Positions 1 to 13,240 of a stretch of 64,000 nt of DNA are shown here, one piece after another (within the stretch, counting starts at the first letter, position 1; every line of letters starts with the position of its first letter). The position numbers and the translations under genes are program-made. Location: assembly GCA_019828565.1 (NCBI GenBank), contig JAHDYR010000012.1:124001-188000 (forward strand), read 5' to 3'. Source of the DNA: Carpediemonas membranifera BICM (taxonomy: Eukaryota > Protista > Fornicata). The notes under the pieces were generated by a model that ran no database searches, was not told the origin of the DNA, and was given only the letters and a program-made list of their open reading frames with translations.

Positions 1-1094
1 GGGACGAGGGAGAGCTGGAGACGAGTACGGAGAGAAACTCGCCTCAATATACTTCTTGGCTAACAGCTCCCGGACGTGCTCATCAAACAGACCCTGCTTC
101 TGGTGAGGAATGTAATTTGACCTGGACGCTACTACTCCTTCAAGATCAGGTCATAAGGCTCTAAGGCAGAAAACCCCTCACGCTCCTCGAAGCAACGGCT
201 GAACTTGGCGATGATTCGCGCATGCATCGCTGTAAAATCTGTTGACATAGTGTAGGACTGCATCGCGTCCATTGGGGGGACGGACGGTTCCATATCGTCA
301 GAGTCCCGGCTCGCTTGAGATTCCGCGACACTGGGCAGGATGCCCCACTCAACCATCGTTGGGTACGACAATAGAAGGTCGTAGATGCATTCAACTCCGT
401 ATGCGGCGACAGTAGTCGACAGTGCCTTTGGAGTGAAAGGTGACTTATGCATGAGAAGGGGAATCTCATAGCAAACGTCGGACTCAATAGATCCCCCTGG
501 AGTCTTGATGACGATAGGTTGACTGAGCTTCGTCGGAATAAGTTCAGCAGCGGTTGCCGACTGGGGATTCACCAAGCAAATATCCGCCCCGCAGTCGAAA
601 AGTACACGCTCCCATTGCACACTGTGATCATTACCGACCGGAACCTCTGCTGTTACTATCGGGAGCGCGTTGCTGTGTGTCTGACTCAACGATGTCAGGA
701 CATGAGCGGGTGCACGAGAAAAGGATGAACAAGCCTGGGGGTTTACTGAAGTACCCCGACAGAACTTGTCTTGATGTCCCTGCTTACCGCACTTGCTGCA
801 GACAGTCTTCGGGTTCCGACACTGGCGCGATGTGTGACCGGACTTGCCGCAGTTGTAGCACACGATGGTACGGCTGGTGCTCTGATGATCGGTGCTTGAG
901 CCGGTCTGCTGACTTCTCTGCATTTCAGACTGGGCTCCCCGGTACTGGTGCTTGCCATGAGACTGGTGCTCACCCGGGTGAGGCGGGCCGCCCTGTCGGC
1001 GCAGACCTCGAGAATGGCTTGCGCGCTGGTCCTTAGGAGGGCGGTTTCGAGGCTGAGAATCGGACTTGATGGTCCTGGAAGTAATCATCGCAGC
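1..1094 (-). pseudogene. Element A gag C-terminus (2 CCHC knuckles), aspartic protease and start of RT
   Basis: CYNCGKSGHTSRQC, CSKCGKQGHQDKFC, protease LFDCGAD. After a frameshift near 135 it reads ...ELLAKKYIEASFSPYSSPA (RT N-terminus). Confidence 0.88.
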
Positions 1095-1204
1095 TGTAGT
1101 GTCGCGTATACATTATATATTGGGTCTCGTTTAGTCATGTCGACACCCATTGTGTCGACTCTATAAATCACTCTCCCCTCCCGTTAGTGTTGTACAACAC
1201 CACA
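1095..1204 (+). repeat. 5' LTR of element B (110 bp)
   Basis: Direct repeat of 20444-20553; contains GTCGACAC-ccatt-GTGTCGAC. Confidence 0.95.
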
Positions 1205-1317
1205 GTAATTACTGCTAGCATGTTCAACGCCAACGCTCTGGACTTATTCTCCGCTCCCTATCTTGATGGAATGACCGCCTCTCAGTGGCAGTCCTTCCGC
1301 GAGGCTTATTACGCCTA

Positions 1318-4300
1318 TGTCACCGGTCTATAAACTGCTCCGTCCAGTTTTGACCACTTTTACCCCGCTGCGGTTTACTGTAAATGATTTCAACCGACAA
1401 TACTAGTATTAGCTGTGCTGATGTCGTTAACTGTTCAAATTCCTGAGCTTTCTCCTTCAAATCTAACACTAGAGACTCTTGAGGAGTTTGAGCGCCGAGC
1501 AACGATTTTTACTATACAAAACCCAAGCATCCCACTGTCCGTCCTCATTGAGGAGTCATTTGCCCTCGAACTCAAGGCCGAAGGCATAGACACATCCGAC
1601 AAGAACTACACTCTCAAGAACTTCACCGAATGGTGTCGCCAGCGGCTCCTTCCCCACTCCATCTTAGCACTCGTCGAAGAGCTCCAAGACCTTCGTTTCC
1701 CCATGGTGCCGAGCACCGCACGCAACTTCGAAGCTGGCACGAGACTACAAGCGGCAGCATTCCGCAAGCGCATCGAGCTCTACTCCAAGACGCCAGACCC
1801 AGAAGGGTTCTTGGAACCCATCGACGACAACCCCAATGCCGACGAACTGCTCGCAAGCTTTGATAAGCTGGCTGCACGGCTCTTCAGGGAGTCCCTGAAC
1901 CCGACAGCATTCCGCAAGAAGGCACAGACCTTGCTTGCTCTCCACAACGTCAAGACCTTCGAGGACACCGTAGCGGTGGCTCTTAGGGCTGCTAGGGCGT
2001 ATGACCATGATCAACCCCTCTCGCAAACCCCGGCCGGCGGACCCAAGGCCCCGGCCCAGGCCAGGAAGGCCCAGTACCGCCCGGACGCGGCCAAGCGCCC
2101 GCCGGCCGACGGACCCAAGAAGCCGTCGCGCCCCTGTCGTTTCTGTGGCGGTCCCCACATGGACTTCAGATGCGATAAGCACCCCCGCTACAGCGAGAAC
2201 AACAACGCCGACAGCGCGTCGACTAACGAGAAGGGCGGGAAGGGTCCACTGACGACCCCCGCTACTGTAAAAGGCAAAACTTACTCGTTCGTTGTAGACA
2301 CTGGTGCAAGCCGAAGCTTCATTAGTTCGAAGGCACTACGTACCCTACCCAAGGACACAGTGCAGACCTCTCTCGAGGAAAAGATCAAGGTCACGCTAGG
2401 AGACGGACGCTCCCTCGTGACAGATCAAGCAGTCACATTTAAGGCAGCATTCCCAGCACTAGGTGTCACACCGTTGGAGGTTACATGGAAGTACTACGTA
2501 CTCCCCGGTGAGTTCTTCAAGGTTCTCATCGGGTGTGACTTGCTGAGGTCACTCGCACTCATTGGCGATGGCACACTCAACCTTAACCTGCACAAGCTCT
2601 CCTCAATTGAGGGAGGACGAGGACTGGCTGCCGTTCTACCATGAATATCTCACGGAGGACGCAAACATGGCGATAACCGACGACTACTGTGGTGTCCACG
2701 TCCCGGAGTCGAAGATCCGACCCGAGATTCTCGAGATAATCAACTCATTTGACGATATCTTCGAGGAAGAACTACCCAAGGAAGGGTCTCGACTGGAACC
2801 CATGTCGATTGAACTGATAGACGAGCGGGCAATTGTACAATGCCGCGCTCGCAGACTCGACCCAGTGACCCAAGGCCTGGTGTCGACAGAGCTAGAACAA
2901 CTCAGGCGAGACGGGATAATCCAGGACTCGACTGGGCCGTACAGCTCGCCGATCGTAGTAGTCAGGCAGGGCCACAAAGGATCGACCAAGATCCGTCTTT
3001 GCATTGACTACAAGGAGTTAAACTCCAAGACAGTGAGGGATAACTTCCCCCTGCCTAACACGCGCGAGTTTGTAGACCGAGCATCAGGCTGTAAATACTT
3101 TGCAGGCCTAGACCTCAGACAAGGCTACTACCAGATGCGGATGCACGAGGAAGATATCCCCAAAACCGCTTTTGTCACTCCAGACGCATACTGCGAGTTC
3201 ACCAGATGTCCATTCGGCCTGATGAACGCCCCGGCGAGATTCCAACGCGCCATGCAGAAGGCGTTCGCCGAGGTCCTCCACAAAGGGGTGGACATCTATC
3301 TTGACGACATCTTGATTTACGCCAAGACCGAGGCCCAGTTTCTCACCCTGATCAAAACCGTCTTCAGGATCTGTAGACATTATTCACTGCGCCTTAAAGG
3401 CCCGAAGTGCACGATAGGCTCAGCCCACGTCGAGGCCGTCGGGTATATTGTCTCGGAGAAGGGGAAACAACTTGCCCCAGAGAAGGTAGAGGCGGTAAAC
3501 GCCATACCGCTCCCGTCCACCGCAAAGGAGCTTCAGAGGACACTGGGATCATTCAACTATGTCGCCCAGTTCGTCCCGGACTCATCACGAATCCTCAAAC
3601 CTCTCAACGAGATGCTAACGGCACAGGAGAACTCAAAGAACATAACTTGGAACCCCAAACAAGAAGAGGCGTTTACAACGTTCAAGGAGAGACTCAGCTC
3701 AGACACAGTCCTCCATTTCCCCGACTTCTCAAAGAAGTGGACCCTCGAGACGGACGCGTCGAACGACGGACTAGGGGGCATTCTGTTCCAAGAAGACGAC
3801 TCCGGCAACCGAGAGATCGTCTCGCTCTTCGCAAAGTGTCATACGCCAACCCAGACTAGGTGGCCGACCTACGAACAAGAGCTTCATGCTATCATCTTTT
3901 GTCTCACGAGACCTGACATGGCTCAACTTTTCCGCCTCAAGGACAACATACAGATCCGCACCGACCACCAGAATCTGGTATATCTCATGCAGAGGAAGGA
4001 GCTTTCCAAGAAACTCCTCAGGTGGACGTCTGTCTTGTCGGACTACAACATTACGATCGAGCATATTGCTGGAGAGACAAACAAGATGGCAGACATGCTG
4101 TCGCGTATCCTTCCCCGAGGGGGACCTCGGGCCGCAGCTGAACCTGCTAGAGGCGGAGGACGCCGGCCCAGGGCTGACCCTTGAGTTGATCCAGGCTGCC
4201 CAGGCCATGGCACCTGGAGTCAACTCGAGTCGGCTGGGAGAAACTAGAGGGAGTATCCATCGAAAACTCGATCTACTTCAAGGACGGAGTGCCGATTATC

Positions 4301-5677
4301 CCCAAGGGAGAGACACGCGACAAGGCCCTTCGGACCGCTCACCAATTTCATACGGGAGCAAATTCAACGTTCCAAGCACTCGCCACGTCTGCATTTTTGG
4401 CCGGGGATGCTCTTGGACGTCAAAAAGCACATCAAGACGTGCCCCATTTGTCTGAAGACTCGCATCAAGGACTACTTTATCGCCCAAAAGGGCCAGACAA
4501 GACGCACCAGACCATGGGAGACAGTGGCAGTCGACACAATTGGCCCTCTCCCAACGGATTCGCTGGGCGCTCGCTACATCATTGTGGCTGTAGACATGTT
4601 TACAAGATACACCGAGCTCGTCGCAGTCGCATCGATCGACGCCGAGACCTCCGCCAGGGCCCTATGGGACCACGTTTTCACGCGACACGGGATACCGGCG
4701 GAGATTCTGTCCGACGGCGGCCCGGAGTACGCGAACTCGATAGTTGAACAACTCACAACGTCATTGAAAGTCGCACACCACTTCACCATCCCGTTTCATC
4801 CACAGAGCAATGGTCTCGTGGAGAGAAGGAATGCGGAGATTGGAAGACACCTACGGTGGCTTGTCCTGGCAATAGCCTACAAAGACCAGTGGTGCGGACT
4901 CCTACCGACGGTCCAGATGATTATCAACGGCACGACACATACGGCCACGAAGTTCTCCCCGCACGAGCTGATATTTGGCCATGAGCACAACATGTTTACA
5001 AGCTGGTGGACGAACGACAACAACTCTCCGATCAGAGATTTCCCAGAGTTCAAAAAGGACCTGGAGCTGGCCCTTAACGCCCTGGAGACCACTGCCAGAG
5101 AGAGTGTGGGCCCGGGCCAAAAGACAATAGTCAACACCGAACTGAAGCCGGGTGACTACGTCCTCTGGAAAGATGAGGCCCCTCAGAAGCTAGACGCGCG
5201 CAACAGGGGCCCATGGAAGGTACACGATGTACTTGATAATAACAGAATAGTCCTGCAGTCGATACTCGACGGATCGACCAGATCAACCCACATTGAAAAA
5301 CTCATGATGTTCGACACGGATGCCGTAACGGACACGATGATGCTTCAACTTGCAAGCTTCGACCAGAAAAAATGGGAGGTAGAGCGAGTAGTATCGGTAG
5401 ACTGGAAAGAAGGGACAGCCGCCATCAAGTGGGTAGGATTCGAAAACATAACGGAAGAACCACTCTCGGGAGTGAAACACCTCGAGGAGATGAAGAGGTT
5501 GGCCCGTAAGGCGAGGAAGAACCTGAAACTCTACTAACCATCTTTTTCCCCCGTTCCTTGCAGGTTGGGGGTTTTCTCATCAAAAAGGGAGGTAGTGTCA
5601 CCGGTCTATAAACTGCTCCGTCCAGTTTTGACCACTTTTACCCCGCTGCGGTTTACTGTAAATGATTTCAACCGACA
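1318..5677 (+). mobile_element. Ty3/gypsy chromovirus C, full length
   Basis: Identical 82-bp LTRs at 1318-1399 and 5596-5677; 4-bp TSD CCTA; PPT AAAAAGGGAGGTAG. Confidence 0.95.
1421..5537 (+). CDS. Element C Gag-PR-RT-RNaseH-IN-chromodomain polyprotein (several frameshifts in this assembly)
   Basis: CRFCGGPHMDFRC, VVDTGA, YLDD, ETDAS, CPIC, VAVDTIGP/SDGG/NGLVERRN, WEVERVV..IKWVGF. Spread over ORFs 1415-2644, 2562-4184, 4289-4747 and 4407-5537. Confidence 0.88.
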
Positions 5678-5903
5678 CCTAGAAAGAAGAAAGAAATTTA
5701 TGGTGCTTGGATTCTGACCCCGGACTGAGCTTGTTTCCCGTTGTCTTGGAACTGAGTGCCCCGGGGTACTGCCTATTTCCCGTGGCAAACTGGTCAGCAG
5801 CGTTTGCCTTGGGCTTTCGGTGCTACTGTCTCCGCGGAAAGCCGATTCCAATCGCCCCAGAGGCCCTGCGGCCATCTCCGTGCAAATATGCTTTCCTGTC
5901 TCC

Positions 5904-8900
5904 TGTCACAGCATCTCCCTCACTCCCAGTGCACTTTAAGGTAAATGGATTTCCCCGTTTTCTGCTGCCATCCGGCACAGTGATCACTCCTGGAAAATGG
6001 TAACGCAGAATCATCTGTTCCTATCTGATCTAGATCCTGTTACGATCAGAACCTTCACTCGGCACTTCCGTGTCCTCAAAGCCCAATTTCCAACTCTTTC
6101 GCCATCCGACTGTATTTCAGAAGAGATTCTTGATGTCCTTGAGCTTCGATATGAAGTTGATCTCTCTTCCGCAACCATTGAAGATATCGAGGCTTCTCTC
6201 CTCACGCACCTCCTACCTCCAACACTCAATGGATGCCTCCGAGCAATGCGTGCCCTCCAGATGTCTAATCACGACAACAAGCTTCACTCGATCCTCTTGT
6301 ACGTCCGAGAGCTCCGTGCGCTCTACAAGCACGCTCTAACGTTCATCCCCGACCACGACCCGCCCAAGCCTGAAGCTGATGATGACGACCCCGACGTAGA
6401 CGCTCTCGCTGAGCTACTGGGCTCCTCGCCATCCGGGCCTAGCCCCGCTCATCGGGGCCTGAGCAAGGTCGCCGCCCGTGTACTCCTCGCCGCCATCAGG
6501 CCAAGTGAGCTTCAAGCTCGCCTCAAGACCGAGGTTGAGCTACAAGGCGCTCGCCTGTTCGAGGATACCGTTCAGATCGTGAAGACCGAGGTCGAGCGCC
6601 TCCAGGCGCTGGCAAGCGATCTGGCAGGCCTCGACATCTCGTCTTTGACACCGTCCACCACGTCAGCTGCCGTGTTGACCTCCGTTGACCGCCCTCGCCA
6701 AGGTGGCGGGCAGAGCCGCCAAGGCCGCCCCGCCATAGGCCGAACACATGGGCTCCCGGCCACACCCTCCAAGACCCCCTGCCCATTCTGTGGTGGTTGG
6801 CATTGGAGGTGGCAGTGCCCTAAGGCCGACGCCGCCCAGCGAGGCTCCACCCAGCAGTCCAACCAGTCGCCGCACCCGGCACAACCGACCGGCCAGCATG
6901 ACAAGCAACAGCCACATACCCAAGCCCGACATACTTCGGGCAACGCCAACCGCCAGCTGCCAGTGCCTCAACCAAATGCGGATCCCACTCAGCTGTCCGA
7001 CCGCCGCGCTGGTAGGATGAACCTCCGCCCCAGCAGCACCCTCAAGAAGGGAAGACCAGTGCATGAGACCGCCCATGCCCAGCCGGTGCAGTCTGTCGAC
7101 GAACCACAGCCCGACTCATCCTACTTCACCGTCCAAGGGAAAGTCAACGGCGAGACGCAGACAATCCTGATTGATTCCGGTTCCGCCCCAAGCTGTATTT
7201 CGCAGTTGTTGGCCGAGCGCCTCAAGGCCACGATCGACACATCCGTCTCAATTGCTCTGTTGGACGTCAATAAGCAGCTTTTTATGACGAAGGGCGTAGC
7301 AAAGGTGAGTCTGAGCCTTCCATCTGCGGGCAACGCCATGGTCACTACCGAGGCCACCTTCCACGTAATCGAACGCGACGATGATCACATACTCGTTGGT
7401 TGTGATATCCTCAGAGCTCTTGGCTTCCTCAGCGCCAAGGGCCTCTTCGTCCCTACAGGCGTCGACTGCAACGAAGACCCCCAGACCACCGAAGGGCTCC
7501 CTCCCCACAAGTACCTAGACCCAGTCCCTGTCGCTGAAGCCTCAGCTGCTCCACAGTTCTTCAGCGATGAAGTGGACGTATGTCCTGATCAACTACACGA
7601 CCCTATCCGTGAGATCCTCCGCAAGCATGACGCCGTGTTCGATCCAAACCTCCCCGAAGAGCCGGCAGCCTTCCCCCCCATGACCATCCCGACCGACGGC
7701 TACATTGTCAACATGAAGCCACGCCCTCTGGCTCCAGCCAAGACGGAGTGGCTGCACGATCATGTCTCAGACTTACGCGACAAGGGCATCACCGAGGCCA
7801 ACACCGGCCCATATGCCAGTCCAGTAGTCCTCGTGCGAAAGGGGGACGCTTGGCGGCTTTGCATCGACTATGTCCTACTCAACAGCCACACCACCCGTGA
7901 TCGACACCCCCTCCCCAACATGCGCGAGTTCCTTCGCCGAGCAAGTGGGTGCGACCGATTTGCCGCCCTGGACCTGACCTCAGGCTATTGGCAGGTGCCT
8001 ATGGCTGACGAGGACAAGGAGAAGACCGCGTTCATCGCCCCTGGCGTGCATGAACAGTTCACCAGGATGCCTTTTGGGCTTGCCAATGCCCCGTCGCATT
8101 TCCAGCGAGGTATCGAGACTATCCTCGGGCCCATCCTCCATAAGGGGGTTGACCCGTACATCGATGACCTCTTCATGTACTCCTCCGAGGAACTTTTCCT
8201 CAAGCTTCTCGATGACACCCTCACTCGCCTGGAAGAAGCCAACGTCCGCCTAGGCGCAAAGAAGTGCCGAATAGGCTATTCCGAGGCCCCCATAGTTGGT
8301 TTCATTGTCGACAAGGCTGGAGTTCACGTAGACCCTGAGCGCACCCGCGCCCTACGAGAGCTTCCCCTCCCCACTGATGTCCACGGGCTCAGGACCGTGC
8401 TCGGCAAGTTCCAGTTCTTAGCCTCATTCATCTCAGAGAAACGCCATGAGCTGTTCAAGCCCCTTACCGCTCTCCTAGAGAAGGACGCCGTCTTCAGCTT
8501 CGGCCCAGCCGAGACTGAGGCTTTCAACACCCTTAAGTCCCTCTTCACCGATGACCTCTTCATCGCTCACCCAGACTTGTCCCTTCCTTGGACCCTCGAG
8601 ACCGACGCTTCCAATGTCGGAGCCGGAGGTGTACTCTACCAGACTCCCAACGACAACTCGGGCAGACAAGTGCTGGCCTATTTCTCTCATACGTTCACCC
8701 CCACCCAGACCAGATGGGCTACCTGCGAACAGGAACTTTTCGCCATCGTATACGCCTTCACGCACCCCTCCCTCACCCACCTTCTGCGCGTGAAGCATGT
8801 AACCCTCAGAACAGACCACCGTAATCTGATCTACATGATCTACAAGTCCGCGACGAACGACAAGATCCTCCGCTGGCGTCTGACGCTAGCCGACTTCAAC

Positions 8901-10483
8901 TTTGAAATCACACACGTTCCCGGGAAGGATAACGTCATAGCTGATTCGCTCAGCCGGTATGGCCACGGCCAGACTACAGCCCAACCCGTCGCCGCCATAT
9001 CTGTCGATGCCCGGTTCAAGGACAGACTGGCACACTTCCAAGGAGAGGACCCGGAGATCAGCAAGCTGCCGGTAGACGCTGATGGTCTCCGACGCCGGAA
9101 CGGAGCCTGCATGATCCCGACCTGTGATCAAACGAAGGGCTTACGCCAAGAGCTTATTGCCATCGCTCACCGTGGCCACCACGGAGCTAGAGCCACGTAC
9201 ACCCGCCTCCGCGATGACGGCTACACCTGGGTCAGCGCGACTCAAGAGATCGCCGCCTACGTCCACTCCTGTCCGATCTGTCTCAAGGCTAGACTCTCTG
9301 AGTTCGCTCAGTCAAGCCTAGGGACCACGGCCGTGTATAAGCCTTTCCACACGGTCGCCATTGACACCATAGGCCCCATCCCCGCAGACATGTTCGGCCG
9401 CAAGTACATCTTCGTCCTTGTTGATATGTTCACCAGGTACACGGAGTTATATGCCAGCGATGAGAACACTGCCGATGCCGCTGCCTCTGCCATCTGGCAA
9501 CAACTTGTCTGCCGTCATGGCATCCCTGCCGCCATTAAGGCTGACAACGGGCCGGAGTACACTGGTGCCGTGATCAAGGCCCTCCTGTCTGATGCCGAGA
9601 TCACCGAACAACACACTCTCCCGTATCATCCCCAGTCCAACGGCGTTGTTGAACGCCGTAACGCCGAAGTGATGAAGCACCTCCGCTGCCTCACGCTCAA
9701 CTTTAACAAGTTTGACGAGTGGAGCAGGCTTCTCCCTGCCGTTCAGCTTTTGCTGAACACTTCTATCTGCTCTGCCACAGGCCTCACCCCCCACAGCATG
9801 CTTTACGGCGAGCATTTGGACCCGTCCGCCACTAGAGCCCGGCTACTCGCCCCGACTGACCCTACAGCTTCCGAGACAATCCTATCCTCCCATCGTGAAT
9901 ACCTAGACAACCTCACTAACCACCTGAAGTCCCTTTCCAAGAAGGGGGGAGGAGACGCAACGTAAGGTTGTCGAGAAGCGCCTTGCCAAAGGAAAGACCG
10001 CAGAGACCGAGCTCAAGCCAGGTGACCTAGTCCTCGTACAGCGCAACAGGACCCCCAAGTTGCACGGTCACCTGGGACCCTACAAGATCCTCGAGATCCT
10101 CGACCACAAGGCCGTCGTTATCGCCGACATCATCACGAACACCACCACAACCGTCCACCGGGATCACCTGCTCCCGTTCCACGTGAACTACCACTTCAAC
10201 AAGCTCCGCCAGCTAGCTTCCTCAGACGAGGAGACTTTTATCGTTGAGAAGATCCTCAAGCACCGCGTCAAGGACGACATCCTCGAACTGAAGGTGAAGT
10301 GGGAAGGCTACGACGAACCCACCTATGAGCCGGCGACTGCACTCTCCGGAGTCTCGCTCGCTCGTGCTTACCTTAGAGCCAATAAGCTTCGGCTTAGGGG
10401 GGCAAGATGTCACAGCATCTCCCTCACTCCCAGTGCACTTTAAGGTAAATGGATTTCCCCGTTTTCTGCTGCCATCCGGCACA
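5904..10483 (+). mobile_element. Ty3/gypsy chromovirus D, full length
   Basis: Identical 76-bp LTRs at 5904-5979 and 10408-10483; 4-bp TSD CTCC; PPT AGGGGGGCAAGA. Confidence 0.95.
5997..10443 (+). CDS. Element D single gag-pol polyprotein with chromodomain (one frameshift near 9950; stop lies inside the 3' LTR)
   Basis: CPFCGGWHWRWQC, LIDSGS, YIDD, ETDAS, HRGHH..CPIC, DNG, NGVVERRN. ORF 10060-10443 has GPY and FIVEKILKH..VKWEGY. Confidence 0.92.
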
Positions 10484-11406
10484 CTCCCTGAAAGTCCGGC
10501 AACTATCCGGGGAGCCTGGGGGTCTGTCCTCGGGGCATTGACAGGCAGGATCGTCCTGCAGAACCTTGACTATGACACTCCTTGCTTCCCTGCAGTCCTT
10601 GTAGAGCCGTTCAGCCACGGCACCCTCTCGTCTGTCCGGTTCCCCAATTCCATGCCCCCTCGACTCTGTTAAGAAGCCTACCCGAAGGCGGGGAAAGTGA
10701 CTAAGTCCATGCTGTCTACCCCGGTTAGGTGGCGTGGGTCAGGGCATGGGTGGTGTACCCCCAGGCACTAGGCCTGGTTGTCCTGTTACCCCTTACAACA
10801 TTTCGCTTGCACTACATGTCCTTGGTTTCCCATGTCGTTAACAAGGGCGGCAGGGGCACCTGTGCCCCTCCGACCCCCGTGGCCAGTCCCTGCAGTTTCC
10901 TTGGGGTCCCAACGAGTGGTGCAACCATATGAATATGGATTTCCTTGACCTTATCCTTGCTCTGTCCTTGTCGCATGTCCTTTCTTTCTTATTTCTGGTC
11001 TGTCCTTCCTGTTCTTTCCTTGCAGTCGTTCCTTCCCTTGCTTTGGTTCCTGGCTACCGGGATACGTGGGGCCTTTCCTCACTGATCCCAGGAGCTTAGC
11101 ACCCAGCGAGGGTGGTCCATGGCTGATTCCTTGTCCATCCCTTCCCAGTCCTGGAGTCAGGGGTTCATGACATGCTTCTATTCCACCTTGAAGCTGTTGT
11201 AAACCTTTGCCAGTTCCCGTAGTCCTGCCGTGAGGCCTTCCCAAATGTCCTCCGAGCCCCTTATTATTAGTTGCTGCAATTCTAGGATGGGTCTTTCCTG
11301 GTACCATTCGCCCTGGGGGCCCTGCCTTACTTCCAAGTCCTTAGTTTTGTGCTTCGCTGCTGTCCACAGCTTTGTCCAAGCTTCTCCCCTGTCTACTGCC
11401 GGGCAT

Positions 11407-13240
11407 TCACAGATTATGTGCGCTGCCGATCCTAGCCTCTGGCCCTCTGCCCACTCCCCTGATCATTTCCTGCTTCCTTGCTGGTCCTGGCTTTTCCCTA
11501 ATGATCCTGTAGAACAGGCTCACCTCCGACTCCTCCGAGCATAGGGGGCATAGTCTGCTAATTTCTCTCTTCAGGTCAGCGCCTTGGGCCAGCTCTGTGA
11601 TGGCTCTCATAGGGCCCTCCCCTCTCTCTGCCGACGATGGGGATGGGCTGACATTGGCTGCAATGGATACAATTCTCTTCCATTCCGCCCTGCTTTGCCC
11701 CTTCCCAGCCTTTCGGTCTACCGTAGGCTTACCTTGCAGACACTTGCTTAATTTCCTTGTCCCCATGATTTCCATTAGTCCTAGTGCCGTACGGCTTTTG
11801 CACCGCTTCATCCACCCCCTCCTGATCGTTTCCATGCCATAATCCAGTAGCGCTGGTTTAGGGGCTCCCTCTCTGGTGCCCTCCAGTAGATGCTGCACTC
11901 TCTCCCTAGCTTCCCACATAACCGTGCCTCGCCCCCATTCTCTGTTTCTGACTGGTATATCCTGGTCCCTGTAGTTGACTATCCTTTTGACTGCCAGCCA
12001 TTCCATGTGTGCCTGGAGGTCCACCCATCCATTCATCAGCCTCATGGCTGCGCCCCCTCCCGGTCCTGTTCCTGCCATGATTCCCTGCCAGTCATTCCAG
12101 ATCCTTCTACCTCCCGGTGCGTTCCCCCACACCTCGACTCCGAAGAGGATCCTGGGCCATATATATATTTCCAGTAGTAGCCTGCTCGCTAGTGCTGGCA
12201 TGTTTGCCCTGGTCCACCCTGCCCATCTCACCAGTCTCTTGTACCTTTCGCTCTGCTCCTGTTTCCGCCTTATGCAGGCCGACATAGGGTCCTTCCCACT
12301 TGCGATCCATAATCCCAGGTATCTCGCCTCCTTCTCTGGCAGTAGTGTTACCCCCTCGATCCTGACTAGGGCTGTTCTGTCCACGCTAATCATTACATTC
12401 TTCTGGGCGTTCACCCTCATTTCATGCTCTCTGATTATGTCCACCATTATGTTGGCGACCATCTGGCTATGCTCCGGTTTGCTCCCTGTGACCGCAGTGT
12501 CATCCACAAACATGGTAAGTGCTGCCGGTAGTCGGTCGCTGAGGTGGCTCGTGGTCCTTGGCGGTTCTCTGATGTCGTACCGTTCTCCCTTGATTTTCTT
12601 TCTGGCCAGGTGGGGCCAGTTAGCCATGAACAGCACAAACAGTGTCGGTGCCAGGACGCACCCTTGCTTAACTCCCCCTGTTGGTTCTTTCCCATGCCTT
12701 TGCCCCCTTGACTGATATCCAGGTTTCCTTTATTGTGCCTTGAATTGCCCTGATCAAGTGCTCCTCCACCCCCATACCCTGTAGCTTATCCATGAGAATG
12801 TCCCTTGGTACCGTGTCATATGCCTTCTCGATGTCCAGAAAGATTGACGTGGTCTCACCCCCCTCCTGGTGCCGCTGCACAATGTACTGTATCTGCTGGA
12901 TGACGTCCCTGTCTGACTGGAAACCAGCCTGTTCTCTTGGTATGAACCTTTTCGTTGCTGCTTCCAGACGTATCTTGAGCAATCTACCATAGACCCTGTA
13001 CAGCAGTGGTGTCAAGGATATTGGTCTATATGATTCCGGTTTGACCCTTGGCTTCCCTGTCTTGTGTATGGCCGACACTGTGGCATACTTCCATGCTTTG
13101 GGTACGTCGCCCTCCCTGTAGACCCTGTTGATGAGCCTCGTCACTTCCCTAAGGCCTTTCTCATCCAGCTCTCTCAGCATGTCTCCAGATGTGAGGTCAG
13201 GCCCTGGTGCGGTGTCCCTCCTGATCCTTTTGATTGCGGC
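11407..13240 (-). pseudogene. LINE reverse transcriptase region
   Basis: Non-LTR RT motifs; frameshift near 12670. Confidence 0.88.

Noticed and set aside
2600-4410. Possible programmed frameshifts in elements C, D and E
   Set aside because: The shifts fall in homopolymers and mid-domain, also affect host genes, and relatives G and I are single ORFs. Assembly error is more likely.
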